Notes: generated by a model not told the origin, from the letters alone. A stretch of DNA of 64,000 nucleotides from an uncultured virus (IMG/VR IMGVR_UViG_651053023_000007) (IMGVR_UViG_651053023_000007); one strand, 5' to 3'; counted from the first letter of the stretch, positions 20,211 to 30,109 are shown. Program-made: numbers and translations.

Positions 20211-21099
20211 TCTGTCTGCGATACCGGTACCGGATGCGGTGGAGGTGCCGGACACTGCTGTGCTGGTCACTCAGATAGTGACGAAGTATCAGGAGCTGGA
20301 CACGTTGTTTTCGGCCCTGGTGGAATCCGATCCGGCGTATAAATGGGCAGAGGCGCTGGCTTTTCGCGTGGCGCTGATGCGCCAGCAGGTCAATGATGCT
20401 GTCCGGGGTGTATTGCTTGCGAGTGCCCGGAGGAACGACCTGGATCAGATTGGTGCGAATTTTCAGGTGCAGCGTCTGGTGATTACCCCGGCAGATGACA
20501 GCACCATTCCGCCCACGCCTGCGGTGTATGAAGATGATGACGCTTTTCGCGAACGTATCCAGTTGTCATGGGCACGGCTGAGCACCGCCGGCGCGAAAAA
20601 TGCGTACCACTATTTTGCGCAAAGTGCTGATCCTGATGTGCTGGATGTGAAGGCTTACGGGCCGGAAACGCATTCACAGGAAGGGCGTGTTTTTCTTTAT
20701 GTGTTATCCCGGTCCGGAAATGGCACTGCATCACAACCCCTGCTGGATAAGGTGGCAGCATCAGTCTGTGATGATGAAACCCGTCCCCTGACGGATTTTG
20801 TCAGTGTCCGGACGGCAGAAATTATTCCCTACGATGTGGTGGCGGATATTCATATTCCCTACGGACTGGATGGTGAACTGGTTATGGCAAATGCCCGCAA
20901 GGCGCTGCAGTTATACACTGACAGCGTCCACCTGATTGGCTCGGTGGCATCCCGTTCTGGCATGGATGGTGCCCTTCACCAGACCGGGGTGATTACGGTG
21001 AATCTGACCTCTCCGGGCAGTGATATCGTTCCTGCGATGGGGCAGGCACCGTGGTGCCGCAAGGTAACGCTGAATAAGGTGGAGACAACTGATGAATGA
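20185..21099 (+). CDS. Baseplate gpJ-like
   Basis: IDLS.IP.P, LSTAG, RPLTD. Confidence 0.9.
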   Translation: MATSQAIIDLSAIPVPDAVEVPDTAVLVTQIVTKYQELDTLFSALVESDPAYKWAEALAFRVALMRQQVNDAVRGVLLASARRNDLDQIGANFQVQRLVITPADDSTIPPTPAVYEDDDAFRERIQLSWARLSTAGAKNAYHYFAQSADPDVLDVKAYGPETHSQEGRVFLYVLSRSGNGTASQPLLDKVAASVCDDETRPLTDFVSVRTAEIIPYDVVADIHIPYGLDGELVMANARKALQLYTDSVHLIGSVASRSGMDGALHQTGVITVNLTSPGSDIVPAMGQAPWCRKVTLNKVETTDE

Positions 21100-21682
21100 C
21101 GATATCAGGAGCATACTGCCGGTCAGTGCCAGCCGGGCAGAGCGGGTGGTGGACAGTACCGCCGGTGATATGCTGGCGGAAATCGCAGTATGTCTGATCC
21201 GCTATGTCAAAAATCCCGATTTATGTCCTGCTGAATTGCTGCCATGGCTGGCCTGGGAAATGGCGGTGGACACCTGGAATGAACACTGGACGGAGGCGGA
21301 AAAACGGTCTGCGATAAAACGTGCTGCATACATCCACCGCCACAGAGGGACTAAAGCGGCGCTGATGGCATCGCTGGCTGACAGTCCCTTCCGGTCGCAG
21401 ATTGTTGAGTGGTATGAGCAGACCCCACCCGGGGAGCCGTATACCTTCCGTCTGAACGTGGAGCAGAAAGATTTACCGGTGCTGATGAATGATCATCAGG
21501 ATCTGAAGCATGCGGTGCTCCGTGCCAAAAATCTGCGCAGCTGGTTCAGTATTCACGTTTACGGGAACAGCACAGGGCGTGGATTTGGTTACGGCTATGT
21601 GATGGCGACAGAAAAAATCAGAAGTACCGGTGTGACAACAAAGACAGTGCCCACAGGCGGGCAGAGTGAGGCAGGTGTATGA
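21092..21682 (+). CDS. Baseplate gpI-like
   Basis: CPAELLPWLAW, HRHRGT. Confidence 0.9.
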   Translation: MNDDIRSILPVSASRAERVVDSTAGDMLAEIAVCLIRYVKNPDLCPAELLPWLAWEMAVDTWNEHWTEAEKRSAIKRAAYIHRHRGTKAALMASLADSPFRSQIVEWYEQTPPGEPYTFRLNVEQKDLPVLMNDHQDLKHAVLRAKNLRSWFSIHVYGNSTGRGFGYGYVMATEKIRSTGVTTKTVPTGGQSEAGV

Positions 21683-21954
21683 ATGGACTGATTCTGACAA
21701 CGTCCGGCGCTGCAGAAATTGAAGCAGCATATCAGAACGGGCAAACCGTGACCGTCCGGCATGTTCTGCTTGGTGACGGGGGCGGGCGTGCATTGCCATC
21801 CACGCCGGATGAAATGGCAGCAATGACATCGTTGTACGGCGAATTCGGGCAGGAACCCTTTTCCGACGGTGCGGTGGAGGAGGGCTTCATCAGCGGGGAT
21901 ATTGTGATTGACTGTAAATCATACCCCGGTAAAACCCTTCGTGAACTGGGGATG
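21679..21954 (+). pseudogene. P2 gpH-like tail fibre, 5' part
   Basis: ILTTSG, LGDGGG, ...RELGM; continues in frame after 59040. Confidence 0.9.
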
Positions 21955-22105
21955 TGTGGGGTGGTGATCAATTCTGGACTGAGTCCGAGCAGCCTGGACG
22001 AACCTGCAAGCCTTGAGTGGTGCGGGATGTGAGAGATTTCACCGATTCTGGATCGTTTTGAAAGAAATGACCAAAAGTGCCTTTTTTTACGCTTTATTCT
22101 GGACT
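21955..22105 (+). repeat. Left end with transposase-binding sites
   Basis: TTCTGGA(C/T) at 21972, 22046, 22097. Confidence 0.8.
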
Positions 22106-22265
22106 ACTTTGATCTGGTGGTGCAGGAAAGCGATCGCCTTTTAAAAGATTTTAAAACCCGTTTTAACCTTGCTTGATTTGTTCCTTTCTTATCCGTCTTC
22201 TGTATTGGTCTTGTTGTGGATGTCGCTAGTTAGTTGGCAGCATGCGCCCACCAGGCAGTAGGCGT

Positions 22266-22913
22266 TCATGCTGATTTTTTGCTTACAGGCTTCGTTTCTT
22301 GCTCCGGCGTGGCAACGGTCTGACCACCTGGCGACCCAGTCCGTGCACGAGATTCGATGCGTCGCAAAATCTCTTTGTCAGTTTCTTCATTACCAGCCAA
22401 TGCCATGCAAATAGCGTCTTTAAGCGATTCCCTGATGTTTAGGCTTCTGATGGCATTCTCCTGTTCGTCCAGGTCGCTGTCGGCCTGCGTAGCTTGCCTG
22501 GTGGGTTGTTGTAAGCGTTCCAAGACGCCTTTGATGCCAATACAACACAGCATATCAATAAGACGTTCTCTATCTTCTGGAGTAGCTCGCCTTAGTATTT
22601 CATCGACAATACTTGTGTTTGGGCGGTTAACGTCTTCTGTAGGTACCTTTTTTTCTATTATTGGATCGCACTCGCTCTCACCGTAGACCAACCATTCCAG
22701 TGATACATTCTCTAATTTTGCTATCGTAGCGACCACATTTAGGCCGGGAGTGGTGCCTTTCTCAAAGTAGTTATTTATGGTCGAGTACGGCAACCCCCAG
22801 TCTGAGGTAGCTTTACGCAGACTCCTAGTGCCAACCAGTTGCTTGATTCTGTCCTGAATGCTTTCTTTTCTATTCTGAGAAAAGGAAAAATCATCGGCGG
22901 TTTGTTTACTCAT
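22266..22913 (-). CDS. XRE-type immunity repressor
   Basis: HTH ...GLPYSTINNY...VSLEWLVYG, divergent from ner. Confidence 0.85.
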   Translation of the reverse strand: MSKQTADDFSFSQNRKESIQDRIKQLVGTRSLRKATSDWGLPYSTINNYFEKGTTPGLNVVATIAKLENVSLEWLVYGESECDPIIEKKVPTEDVNRPNTSIVDEILRRATPEDRERLIDMLCCIGIKGVLERLQQPTRQATQADSDLDEQENAIRSLNIRESLKDAICMALAGNEETDKEILRRIESRARTGSPGGQTVATPEQETKPVSKKSA

Positions 22914-23023
22914 TTTCTTTTCTCGCAATCTATTGATTTACAACATCTTTCTACAAAAAGACTTTCTTTTCACCAAAATAAGAAAAGAAAGCTTGTAATT
23001 TTCTATTTGTGGATCAATACTTA

Positions 23024-23063
23024 TATCCGAAGGGATAACACGGCGGTGTTATCCGCACGGATA
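23024..23063. promoter_or_regulatory. Inverted repeat upstream of ner
   Basis: GGATAACAC-ggcg-GTGTTATCC with outer TATCCG/CGGATA. Confidence 0.5.
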
Positions 23064-23081
23064 ACTTTTAAGGGTAACCTA

Positions 23082-23318
23082 ATGATGGTTAGAAATGAAG
23101 TAATGAACAAAGACTGGCACCGCGAGTACATCGTTGCCGCTGTGCACACCAAAGGTTTTACATTGCGTGAACTTTCTGAACGCGCTGGTCTAAAAAAAGA
23201 CTCTTTAAAAAATGCACTGTATCGCTCATGCCCTAAATATGAACGCATCATAGCCGATGCTATTGGTGTGGAACCTGCGGAGATCTGGCCAAGCCGGTAT
23301 GCCAGTAAGGCGGCGTAA
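23082..23318 (+). CDS. ner: Ner-like regulator
   Basis: DWHRE.IVAAV...ERIIADAIG...IWPSRY. Confidence 0.92.
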   Translation: MMVRNEVMNKDWHREYIVAAVHTKGFTLRELSERAGLKKDSLKNALYRSCPKYERIIADAIGVEPAEIWPSRYASKAA

Positions 23319-25360
23319 TGTTTTATCCAGCCAATGAGCTGGCCGGTCTTCCTGGTTTGCCCGGTACAGTTCAGGGGGTGCGCTGGACGCTCAATCGGAT
23401 CACAGAGACGCACCCGGAATGGAAGCGCAAGCGTGAAGGCACAAAAGCATTCGAGTATCACATCGACTGCCTGCCCGCTGAAGCGCAGAAAGTTTTACGT
23501 AAGCGCCTGACCCATCAGGTCCTGGAAGATACGCAACTGCCCGCAGTGGTTGAGCAGAAGGCAGTTAAAAACGTCACCGTTCGCGATGAACTGGAGGTGA
23601 TGGTCAAATGCCCGGAACTGGCATTACGCGAAGTCCAGGCACTGACCGACAAGCAAAAGGCCATCGCTGATGCGCGGATATTGCTGGCTACCGAAGTGCA
23701 TAAACTGCGTGAATACGCAGGAATGTCCAGGACGGCGGCGATAAAACACATCGTTGATGGTATCCGCCAGGAGGCTTTGCCCGAGCGTGTTATTGTGGCA
23801 GGTAATACTGCTAATGCCCGACAGGGTAAACGGACTGGCGTCAGTACAGGGAGTTTACAGGAATGGTATTCCGCCTGGCTGATGGCGCGCGGTGATGCCA
23901 ATCAGTTACTGGCGTTACTGGCTCCCGGTCATCATAAGGGAACACCGTGGGAGCAGGTCTGGTGGTTGAGCGATTTCTTTATGTTCTATCGCTCATGGAA
24001 GCGCCCGACCGTTGAATATGCGTATCGCGAGTTTTCAGCCTGGTGGCATGAAAAACACGCGAACGATGCGGGAATGCTGGCGGCACTGCCTTCAGTTCAC
24101 GCAGTAAGACGGGTGTTAAGCAGCGTCCCGGTGATTGTTAAAGAGCGTTTCCGCTCCACCGGTTCAGCCTGGCGTTCGCTCAATCCCTTTGTGCGGCGCG
24201 ACTGGACATCATTACCGGTTAATGCGGTATGGGTCGGGGATGGTCACTGTATGAAAATGACCGCGTTTAACCCCCTGACCGGCAATATTTTCCGGCCAGA
24301 AGTGACGCTGGTTATGGATGCGGGGCAACGCTTTGTTGTGGGCTGGTCACTGTCCCTGTCGGAGAACGTGATAGCCGTTGCTGATGCGTTACGTTACGGC
24401 ATGGCGCAGCACGGGATACCGCTGATTTATTACTCCGATAACGGGGGCGGTGAAAAAAACCGGGTGCTTGATGCCGATATTACCGGGATTCTGCCCCGGC
24501 TGGGTGTGGAACATCACACGGGGATACCAGGTAACCCGCAGGGGCGCGGGGTGATTGAACGGGCAAACAAAGGAATACCCAAAGACGTGGCTCTGAGTTT
24601 CCAGACGTACTGCGCAAGGGATGCAGACAAGGAAACCGTAATGATGCAGCAACGGATTATGCAGTCAGCCATTAAGGCCACCCACAAAGGGAAAGAGCTG
24701 ACAAAACGGCAGGTTAAGGCGAGGGATGAAATCCCTACCTTTGAGCAACTGATGGCCGCCATAGAGCTGGAGGTCAGACGCTATAACAACCGGCCACACA
24801 GCAGCCTACCCCGCAAAGAGGATGGCGAATATTACAGCCCGGCAGCGTATCGCCGGAAACTGATAAAAGAGCAGAATGTTGAAATTGATTTCCTGTCGCC
24901 GGAAGAACTGCATGAAATGTTCAGACCGGAAGTGACGCGCAAAACATTTCGCGGGGAAATTCAGTTATTCAACAATATTTATTACTCGTATGAGCTGGCC
25001 GCAGAGCACGGGAATGAAGTCAGGGTCAGTTACGATATTCATGATGCAAACAGCGTCATTGTCCGGCGGGCTGATGGCTCTTATATCTGCGATGCCATCT
25101 GGAACGGTAACAAGGTTGATGCCTTCGCTAAACCAGTTATCGAACAAAAACTGGAGAAACGCGTCAGGGGCCGCATTGCACGGGCCACGCAGAAAATCGA
25201 AGAGGCTAAACGCGAGCTTACCCCGGCCATTACGCAGAAGCCTGACTTTAATCTGGGATATGGACTGGAACGTCAGGAGAAAAAGGAAAAAGAAGAACTT
25301 TATTTATTCGTGTCTGACCGTGAGCGCAATTTAAAGAAAAACGGCACAAATAATCGTTAA
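23318..25360 (+). CDS. MuA-like DDE transposase
   Basis: Mu HTH N-terminus; WVGDGH, YSDNG, VIER. Confidence 0.95.
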   Translation: MFYPANELAGLPGLPGTVQGVRWTLNRITETHPEWKRKREGTKAFEYHIDCLPAEAQKVLRKRLTHQVLEDTQLPAVVEQKAVKNVTVRDELEVMVKCPELALREVQALTDKQKAIADARILLATEVHKLREYAGMSRTAAIKHIVDGIRQEALPERVIVAGNTANARQGKRTGVSTGSLQEWYSAWLMARGDANQLLALLAPGHHKGTPWEQVWWLSDFFMFYRSWKRPTVEYAYREFSAWWHEKHANDAGMLAALPSVHAVRRVLSSVPVIVKERFRSTGSAWRSLNPFVRRDWTSLPVNAVWVGDGHCMKMTAFNPLTGNIFRPEVTLVMDAGQRFVVGWSLSLSENVIAVADALRYGMAQHGIPLIYYSDNGGGEKNRVLDADITGILPRLGVEHHTGIPGNPQGRGVIERANKGIPKDVALSFQTYCARDADKETVMMQQRIMQSAIKATHKGKELTKRQVKARDEIPTFEQLMAAIELEVRRYNNRPHSSLPRKEDGEYYSPAAYRRKLIKEQNVEIDFLSPEELHEMFRPEVTRKTFRGEIQLFNNIYYSYELAAEHGNEVRVSYDIHDANSVIVRRADGSYICDAIWNGNKVDAFAKPVIEQKLEKRVRGRIARATQKIEEAKRELTPAITQKPDFNLGYGLERQEKKEKEELYLFVSDRERNLKKNGTNNR

Positions 25361-25378
25361 TTTAAAAGGTATTTAATT

Positions 25379-26272
25379 ATGAGTTTAATTACGCAATTAA
25401 ATGACGTAATGGCCCGTCGCGGCTTTACGCAGACCCACGTTGCCCGTGCTATTGGTCGTAGCAGCGCCGTTATCAACCAGTATTTGCAGGGCAAATATCA
25501 GGGCGATATGGCTGATATTGAAGAACGTATTTCTGCCTTTGTGACCCGTGAATGGGAAAAGGAAAACAACCGCCGTATTAAAGTGCGATTTGTCACCACC
25601 GGCATGGCCGCCAAAGGGCTGGAGGTGCTGACCTACGCCCATCTGGAGTGTGATATTTGCGTGCTGTATGGCGCGGCGGGTCTGGGTAAAAGCATGATTC
25701 TGAGTGAATATGCCGCCAGAAACCGGGATGTAGTGCTCATTGAAGCCGATATTGGCTATACGGCCAGAAAGTTACTCGATGAACTGTGCCGTCAGCTTGG
25801 GGTAAAGGTTCACGGCGATATTCGCGAGAAGATTGATGCCTGTGTGCGTGAACTGCGTGGGTCAGGTCGTCTGCTGATGGTGGATGAGGCTGAACTGCTC
25901 CCCTATCGTGCACTGGAGGTATTGCGCCGTCTGCATGACAAAGCGGGTATCGGGATTGTCCTGGCGGGTATGCCTCACCTTCTGATTAACCTTAAGGGCC
26001 GTTGTGGTGAGTTCGCTCAATTATACAGCCGCGTGGCGCTGGCGCTTAACCTGGGCGATACGCTGACGCAGGAAGATTTTAACAAGATTGCCACAGACAT
26101 GATGCCGGAAGCGGCGGACCCGGAAATTGGTGAGGCACTTTACACACGTTCGCTGGGTAATGCCCGTCGTCTGTTCAAGCTGGCGCGCGGTGTGTACCGG
26201 ATTTGTGATATCAGCGATGCACCGGTCAGTGTGCAGGCCATTGATAAATATTCAGAAATGTTAATTCACTGA
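25379..26272 (+). CDS. MuB-like AAA ATPase
   Basis: GAAGLGKS, LMVDEAE. Confidence 0.95.
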   Translation: MSLITQLNDVMARRGFTQTHVARAIGRSSAVINQYLQGKYQGDMADIEERISAFVTREWEKENNRRIKVRFVTTGMAAKGLEVLTYAHLECDICVLYGAAGLGKSMILSEYAARNRDVVLIEADIGYTARKLLDELCRQLGVKVHGDIREKIDACVRELRGSGRLLMVDEAELLPYRALEVLRRLHDKAGIGIVLAGMPHLLINLKGRCGEFAQLYSRVALALNLGDTLTQEDFNKIATDMMPEAADPEIGEALYTRSLGNARRLFKLARGVYRICDISDAPVSVQAIDKYSEMLIH

Positions 26273-26511
26273 TGGAGAGCAAGACGATGGACAAGCAGAC
26301 CATTAACGCCGTCCGTTCCCGTGCCCGTGTGGCCATCCACACCACTGGCGGTCGTGTAACGGGGCAGCATCACCGTTTACCTGTGGTTTATGCCTGCCCG
26401 CCCGTGGGTGGTCCTGTATGGCCGGTAACGGAAATCATCCAGACATTCAGCGGCCTGCGTCGTGTGGTTAAAACGTCCTGTATCGACGGCTGTACCGTCG
26501 TATGGCAATAA
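26272..26511 (+). CDS. Hypothetical early protein
   Basis: Coupled to MuB stop. Confidence 0.6.
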   Translation: MESKTMDKQTINAVRSRARVAIHTTGGRVTGQHHRLPVVYACPPVGGPVWPVTEIIQTFSGLRRVVKTSCIDGCTVVWQ

Positions 26512-26526
26512 AACGAGGAATTAAAA

Positions 26527-26778
26527 GTGAGCGTGAAATTAACAATAGTATTTACCGACCTGGGTAATAACCAGTGCCATAACCTTATTCGGGTGGAAAA
26601 TGGCGACAATGCCACACTCGAAGAAGCGGCAAGAACTCTGGGGACTGTTGGCGCTATTTGTACGATTCTGAAGGAGAAACACGGAAATGAACGGCTTGAT
26701 CTGCAAATCTACCATGACTACGTGAAACAACTGGCACAGGGATGTCCGTATATTCCTCAAGAAACACAAATGCATTGA
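26527..26778 (+). CDS. Hypothetical early protein
   Basis: GAGG SD. Confidence 0.65.
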   Translation: MSVKLTIVFTDLGNNQCHNLIRVENGDNATLEEAARTLGTVGAICTILKEKHGNERLDLQIYHDYVKQLAQGCPYIPQETQMH

Positions 26779-26788
26779 GGGATGAAAT

Positions 26789-26980
26789 ATGTCACTGGAG
26801 CTTGAATTAACTTTCAGCCTGGACAGGCCAGGTAAACCGGAGAAAGCCGTCGCGACGTATCAGTTGCCGCCTGATGTCACGGGAGAGCAGGTTTCCGACA
26901 TTATCATAAAAACTCACTGTTTTATGAACGAAATTATTTTTAAATCGTTTGATTTCAAAGGAGAAAAACATGGCGGTTAA
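26789..26980 (+). CDS. Hypothetical early protein
   Basis: GAGG SD. Confidence 0.65.
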   Translation: MSLELELTFSLDRPGKPEKAVATYQLPPDVTGEQVSDIIIKTHCFMNEIIFKSFDFKGEKHGG

Positions 26981-27185
26981 GTTGGAAGTAATTATCTATA
27001 CCAATGAAAAAGGCAGGGTTTTAACCCAGATTACAGGAAGTTATTTGAAGGATGGCGCTTCTGAAAGGGAGTTTCAGGTGGCAACAGGATTGCATGATGT
27101 TATCAAGGAAGCACTGAGAAATGACTACAACGGCGTGAATATTTTTTCTGAAAACGCTGCGCCCTGCGCACATAACACAAATTAA
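26970..27185 (+). CDS. Hypothetical early protein
   Basis: AAGGAG SD. Confidence 0.65.
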   Translation: MAVKLEVIIYTNEKGRVLTQITGSYLKDGASEREFQVATGLHDVIKEALRNDYNGVNIFSENAAPCAHNTN

Positions 27186-27214
27186 TCTGTAAATATCACT
27201 GAGGTAATTTAATT

Positions 27215-27859
27215 ATGACGACTGAAAATAAAGTTAAGCAATACACGAAAACTCAAGCACCTGAAGGTTACTGGGTGGATGCCCGTGGCGTAATGACACC
27301 TGAAAGCCTTATCAAAGATATTGACCGCGACCGTGAGCAGCTGGTCGGTGAGCTTGTGGAGATGGTGATTGCTGCCTCTGCCTCACTGCGTGAACTGAAA
27401 CTACGTGCCTTTGGTGATATTCAGGCGTTTATTGACCTGTCGGCGAAAAAATACGGCGCTGTGAAAGGCGGTAAAAAAGGGAATATCACGCTGTACAGCT
27501 TTGACGGGCGTTACAAGATTCAGCGCGCCATGCAGGACCGTATCGCGCTTGATGAACGCATTCAGACCGCGAAGGCACTGATTGATGACTGCCTGGCTGA
27601 CTGGACGGAAGGTGCACGCCCTGAAATTAAAGCCATCATCAGCGAGGCATTCAGCACGGACAAGGAAGGCAACATTAACACCGGGCGCGTTCTGGCTCTG
27701 CGTCGTCTCGATATTACGGAGGAACGCTGGGATAACGCCATGAAACTGATTGGTGAAGCCGTCCAGGTGGTTGGCAGCAGAAGCTATATCCGCGTGTATG
27801 AGCGCGTCGGTGATTCTGATGAATACCGCGCAATCCCGCTTGATATTGCAGGGGTTTAA
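27215..27859 (+). CDS. DUF3164-like Mu early protein
   Basis: GYWVDARG, GGKKGNITLYSFDG, IPLDIA. Confidence 0.8.
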   Translation: MTTENKVKQYTKTQAPEGYWVDARGVMTPESLIKDIDRDREQLVGELVEMVIAASASLRELKLRAFGDIQAFIDLSAKKYGAVKGGKKGNITLYSFDGRYKIQRAMQDRIALDERIQTAKALIDDCLADWTEGARPEIKAIISEAFSTDKEGNINTGRVLALRRLDITEERWDNAMKLIGEAVQVVGSRSYIRVYERVGDSDEYRAIPLDIAGV

Positions 27860-27860
27860 C

Positions 27861-28094
27861 ATGCATCAGGATATCAAAGAGTACAGAGCCGGAAATAGTT
27901 GCGCGGCGTATTCGCTGGGCGCGTCCAGAGCAGAACAACGCGGCGATTATGCCGAGGCTGAAAAGCTGTGGCGTAAGGCAGCGCAAAGCCCGTGTAGTAC
28001 TCTGCGCCGCATCTGGGCAGAACACCGGGCACAGTTCTGTGCTAATGCTCACCAGAAAGGATGGAAGCCGATTCATGAACGCGAAACGCTTTAA
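27861..28094 (+). CDS. ANR-family small phage protein
   Basis: AEQRGDYAEAEKLWRKA...WAEHRAQFC. Confidence 0.7.
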   Translation: MHQDIKEYRAGNSCAAYSLGASRAEQRGDYAEAEKLWRKAAQSPCSTLRRIWAEHRAQFCANAHQKGWKPIHERETL

Positions 28095-28266
28095 TCAGTT
28101 ATATCCGCCTGGTACTCGTTTCATGCACATTGCACATCAGGCGGTGCGTGGTGGTCGGGTGGTAAAAACTGTTGCACCGGCCAGAGATTTTAAATGTGGT
28201 TGTGTGGTTGAAATTAATGTCGAGCCTTATTTCGTAAAAGTCGAAACACTGAAAGCACCGCATTAA
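28075..28266 (+). CDS. Hypothetical early protein
   Basis: MNAKRFNQLYPPGT; overlaps previous gene. Confidence 0.7.
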   Translation: MNAKRFNQLYPPGTRFMHIAHQAVRGGRVVKTVAPARDFKCGCVVEINVEPYFVKVETLKAPH

Positions 28267-28273
28267 TTTAATT

Positions 28274-28331
28274 TGTTTTTAATTGTTATTTAAAACAGGC
28301 GTAAACCCGTCGGGCTGGCTTACGCCTGAAT
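28274..28331 (+). repeat. Hairpin direct repeat, copy 1
   Basis: GTTTTTAATT...GGCGTAAACCCGTCGGGCTGGCTTACGCCTGAAT. Confidence 0.85.
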
Positions 28332-28340
28332 TAAGGGGAT

Positions 28341-28892
28341 TTGTATATGAAAGATAAAGTCTGGGATTTTATTGTTACTCCTGAAGGTTTTGCTACCCGT
28401 TCATCTGAGAAGTTAACCAATGTAACGTTATGGGCGTCATCATTGCTGGGCCATCTGGGAGCACCTGCCGATTTTATGTATGTGGTACTTGATGCACAGA
28501 TTGCCGGGAATGCTATGGCCAGTAAGGGGGCTTATATTCAGGGGGATTTGTTCGCCATGATGGCGAATGACACAGCAGCGCTGTATATCGCCACACGGAA
28601 CATACTGACAAGAATATCCATGCTGTCTGACTGTAAGGATATGGAAGACCTCGCATACATCCTTGAAGATGATTTGCTCACTATCTCAGGTGTGCAGGAA
28701 TCCCTCCCGCGTCAGTTGCGGTTTATTGACCTGGTGGAGTCATATAAAGATAAGCCTGATTTTTTTCAGATTCGATTCAGTGGAATGGAACTGCTGGATG
28801 AATATTATCCGCTGGATTCGATTGCCCGTGATGTGAAGGCGTTCGTAAAGTCTGTTGACCGTCATTACCGGAAAGCTGAACGTCGTAGTTAA
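28341..28892 (+). CDS. Orphan acidic protein, ~183 aa
   Basis: ORF between the two repeats. Confidence 0.75.
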   Translation: MYMKDKVWDFIVTPEGFATRSSEKLTNVTLWASSLLGHLGAPADFMYVVLDAQIAGNAMASKGAYIQGDLFAMMANDTAALYIATRNILTRISMLSDCKDMEDLAYILEDDLLTISGVQESLPRQLRFIDLVESYKDKPDFFQIRFSGMELLDEYYPLDSIARDVKAFVKSVDRHYRKAERRS

Positions 28893-28898
28893 TAAGTC

Positions 28899-28956
28899 TG
28901 TTTTTAATTTTATTGGTATATGGCGTAAACCCGCCGGGGCTGGCTTACGCCTGAAT
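28899..28956 (+). repeat. Hairpin direct repeat, copy 2
   Basis: TGTTTTTAATT...GGCGTAAACCCGCCGGGGCTGGCTTACGCCTGAAT. Confidence 0.85.
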
Positions 28957-28972
28957 CAGAGAGAGTTTATTT

Positions 28973-29155
28973 ATGAATATCGCTAAGCAAAAAAAGTTCG
29001 CCCGCGAAATTAATCTGACAATCGTTTGTTTTAATCGTCTTGCGACCAGTTCTCAATCGACAGCAGATGTTCATTCAGTACCGCAGCCAGAACGAACTCC
29101 CCACGTTCCTGATGGCCGTGCCGGAAGTTGCGTAATTCAGAATTCAGGATGCTGA
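28973..29155 (+). CDS. Hypothetical early protein
   Basis: Fills operon gap. Confidence 0.55.
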   Translation: MNIAKQKKFAREINLTIVCFNRLATSSQSTADVHSVPQPERTPHVPDGRAGSCVIQNSGC

Positions 29156-29168
29156 GGTTCAGACGACC

Positions 29169-29879
29169 ATGAAAGATAAATACATTGCCAAAATCAAAAA
29201 ACTGTTACGCCTTGCCAGAGGAACATCAAGCCCGGAAGAAGCCGCTAACGCTATTGCAAAAGCCCAGGTTTATATGCGCCAGCATGGTATCAGCGAAAAC
29301 GACGCTGAATTGTTCGACATTCAGGAAGCTGCCAGCGCGGGTGCGCCGAGTGATGCCAGTACGCCGCCGCGTTATATGCACATCCTGTGTGACCTGGTCT
29401 GTAAAGCCTTCGGTGTCGAGTGTTACATCTCCGGTGAGTACCGGGCTTCTGGTTCACTCAAACGTCACGTGCGTTTTTATGGCTCTGACAGCCGCCCGGA
29501 AATCGCGGCTTACGCGTTTGATGTGCTTTCCCGTCAGATGATGGCAGAGCGCAAGAAATATCAGGATAAACACTGCAAACGTTGCGGTCCGTCCACGCGG
29601 GTAGCCCGTGGCGACCAGTTCTGCGAAGGCTGGGTCTTTGGTGCCCGTGATGTCATTGCGGTGTATGACGTCTCCCCGGAAGAAAAAAGCCGCCTTGAGC
29701 TTTACAGAAAGAACCTGCACAGCACTAAGGGACTGCGCGACGGGGATATGCGCACAGCTAAAGCGTGTCGGGGTGCAGAGTTTGCCGCTACTGCGGGTTT
29801 TATCGCCAGGAAAAACGCCAGACTGCATCAGGGGGTTAATGGTCAGAGCAACAGACCGCTGGCACTGGGGAGGGTGTAA
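29169..29879 (+). CDS. DUF2786-domain protein
   Basis: KIKKLLRLA...EEAANAIAKAQ.YM.QHGI. Confidence 0.85.
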   Translation: MKDKYIAKIKKLLRLARGTSSPEEAANAIAKAQVYMRQHGISENDAELFDIQEAASAGAPSDASTPPRYMHILCDLVCKAFGVECYISGEYRASGSLKRHVRFYGSDSRPEIAAYAFDVLSRQMMAERKKYQDKHCKRCGPSTRVARGDQFCEGWVFGARDVIAVYDVSPEEKSRLELYRKNLHSTKGLRDGDMRTAKACRGAEFAATAGFIARKNARLHQGVNGQSNRPLALGRV

Positions 29880-29881
29880 CG

Positions 29882-30109
29882 ATGGCTTTTAAACTTCTCA
29901 GTGTTACCGAAGCAATATACCAGCCTCCCGGAGAACGCCACGAATACAGGATGAATGACGGTAGCGCGGCGGTTGAGTTTCCCAAATATCCGGGGGCTTC
30001 CCGGTGGCGGTTCTATGACAGTGCGGGACGCCGGATTATTAAAAGAACCGTGCACAACGCCATGAAAGCCGCCGTAGAACGTCACAAAAGAAGGTTTAAC
30101 TGCAAATGA
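29882..30109 (+). CDS. Hypothetical early protein
   Basis: GGAGG SD. Confidence 0.65.
   Translation: MAFKLLSVTEAIYQPPGERHEYRMNDGSAAVEFPKYPGASRWRFYDSAGRRIIKRTVHNAMKAAVERHKRRFNCK

Noticed and set aside
21955..22032. C-terminus of ORF 21679-22032
   Set aside because: Read-through into the Mu left end
22069..22077. GACCAAAAG as another copy of the 31686 operator
   Set aside because: Half-site only, expected by chance
27215..27859. Mu Gam
   Set aside because: Motifs fit DUF3164 better; symbol not assigned
28274..28956. CRISPR array or integron attC
   Set aside because: Only two copies ~625 bp apart; no cas or intI gene and no RYYYAAC/GTTRRRY ends
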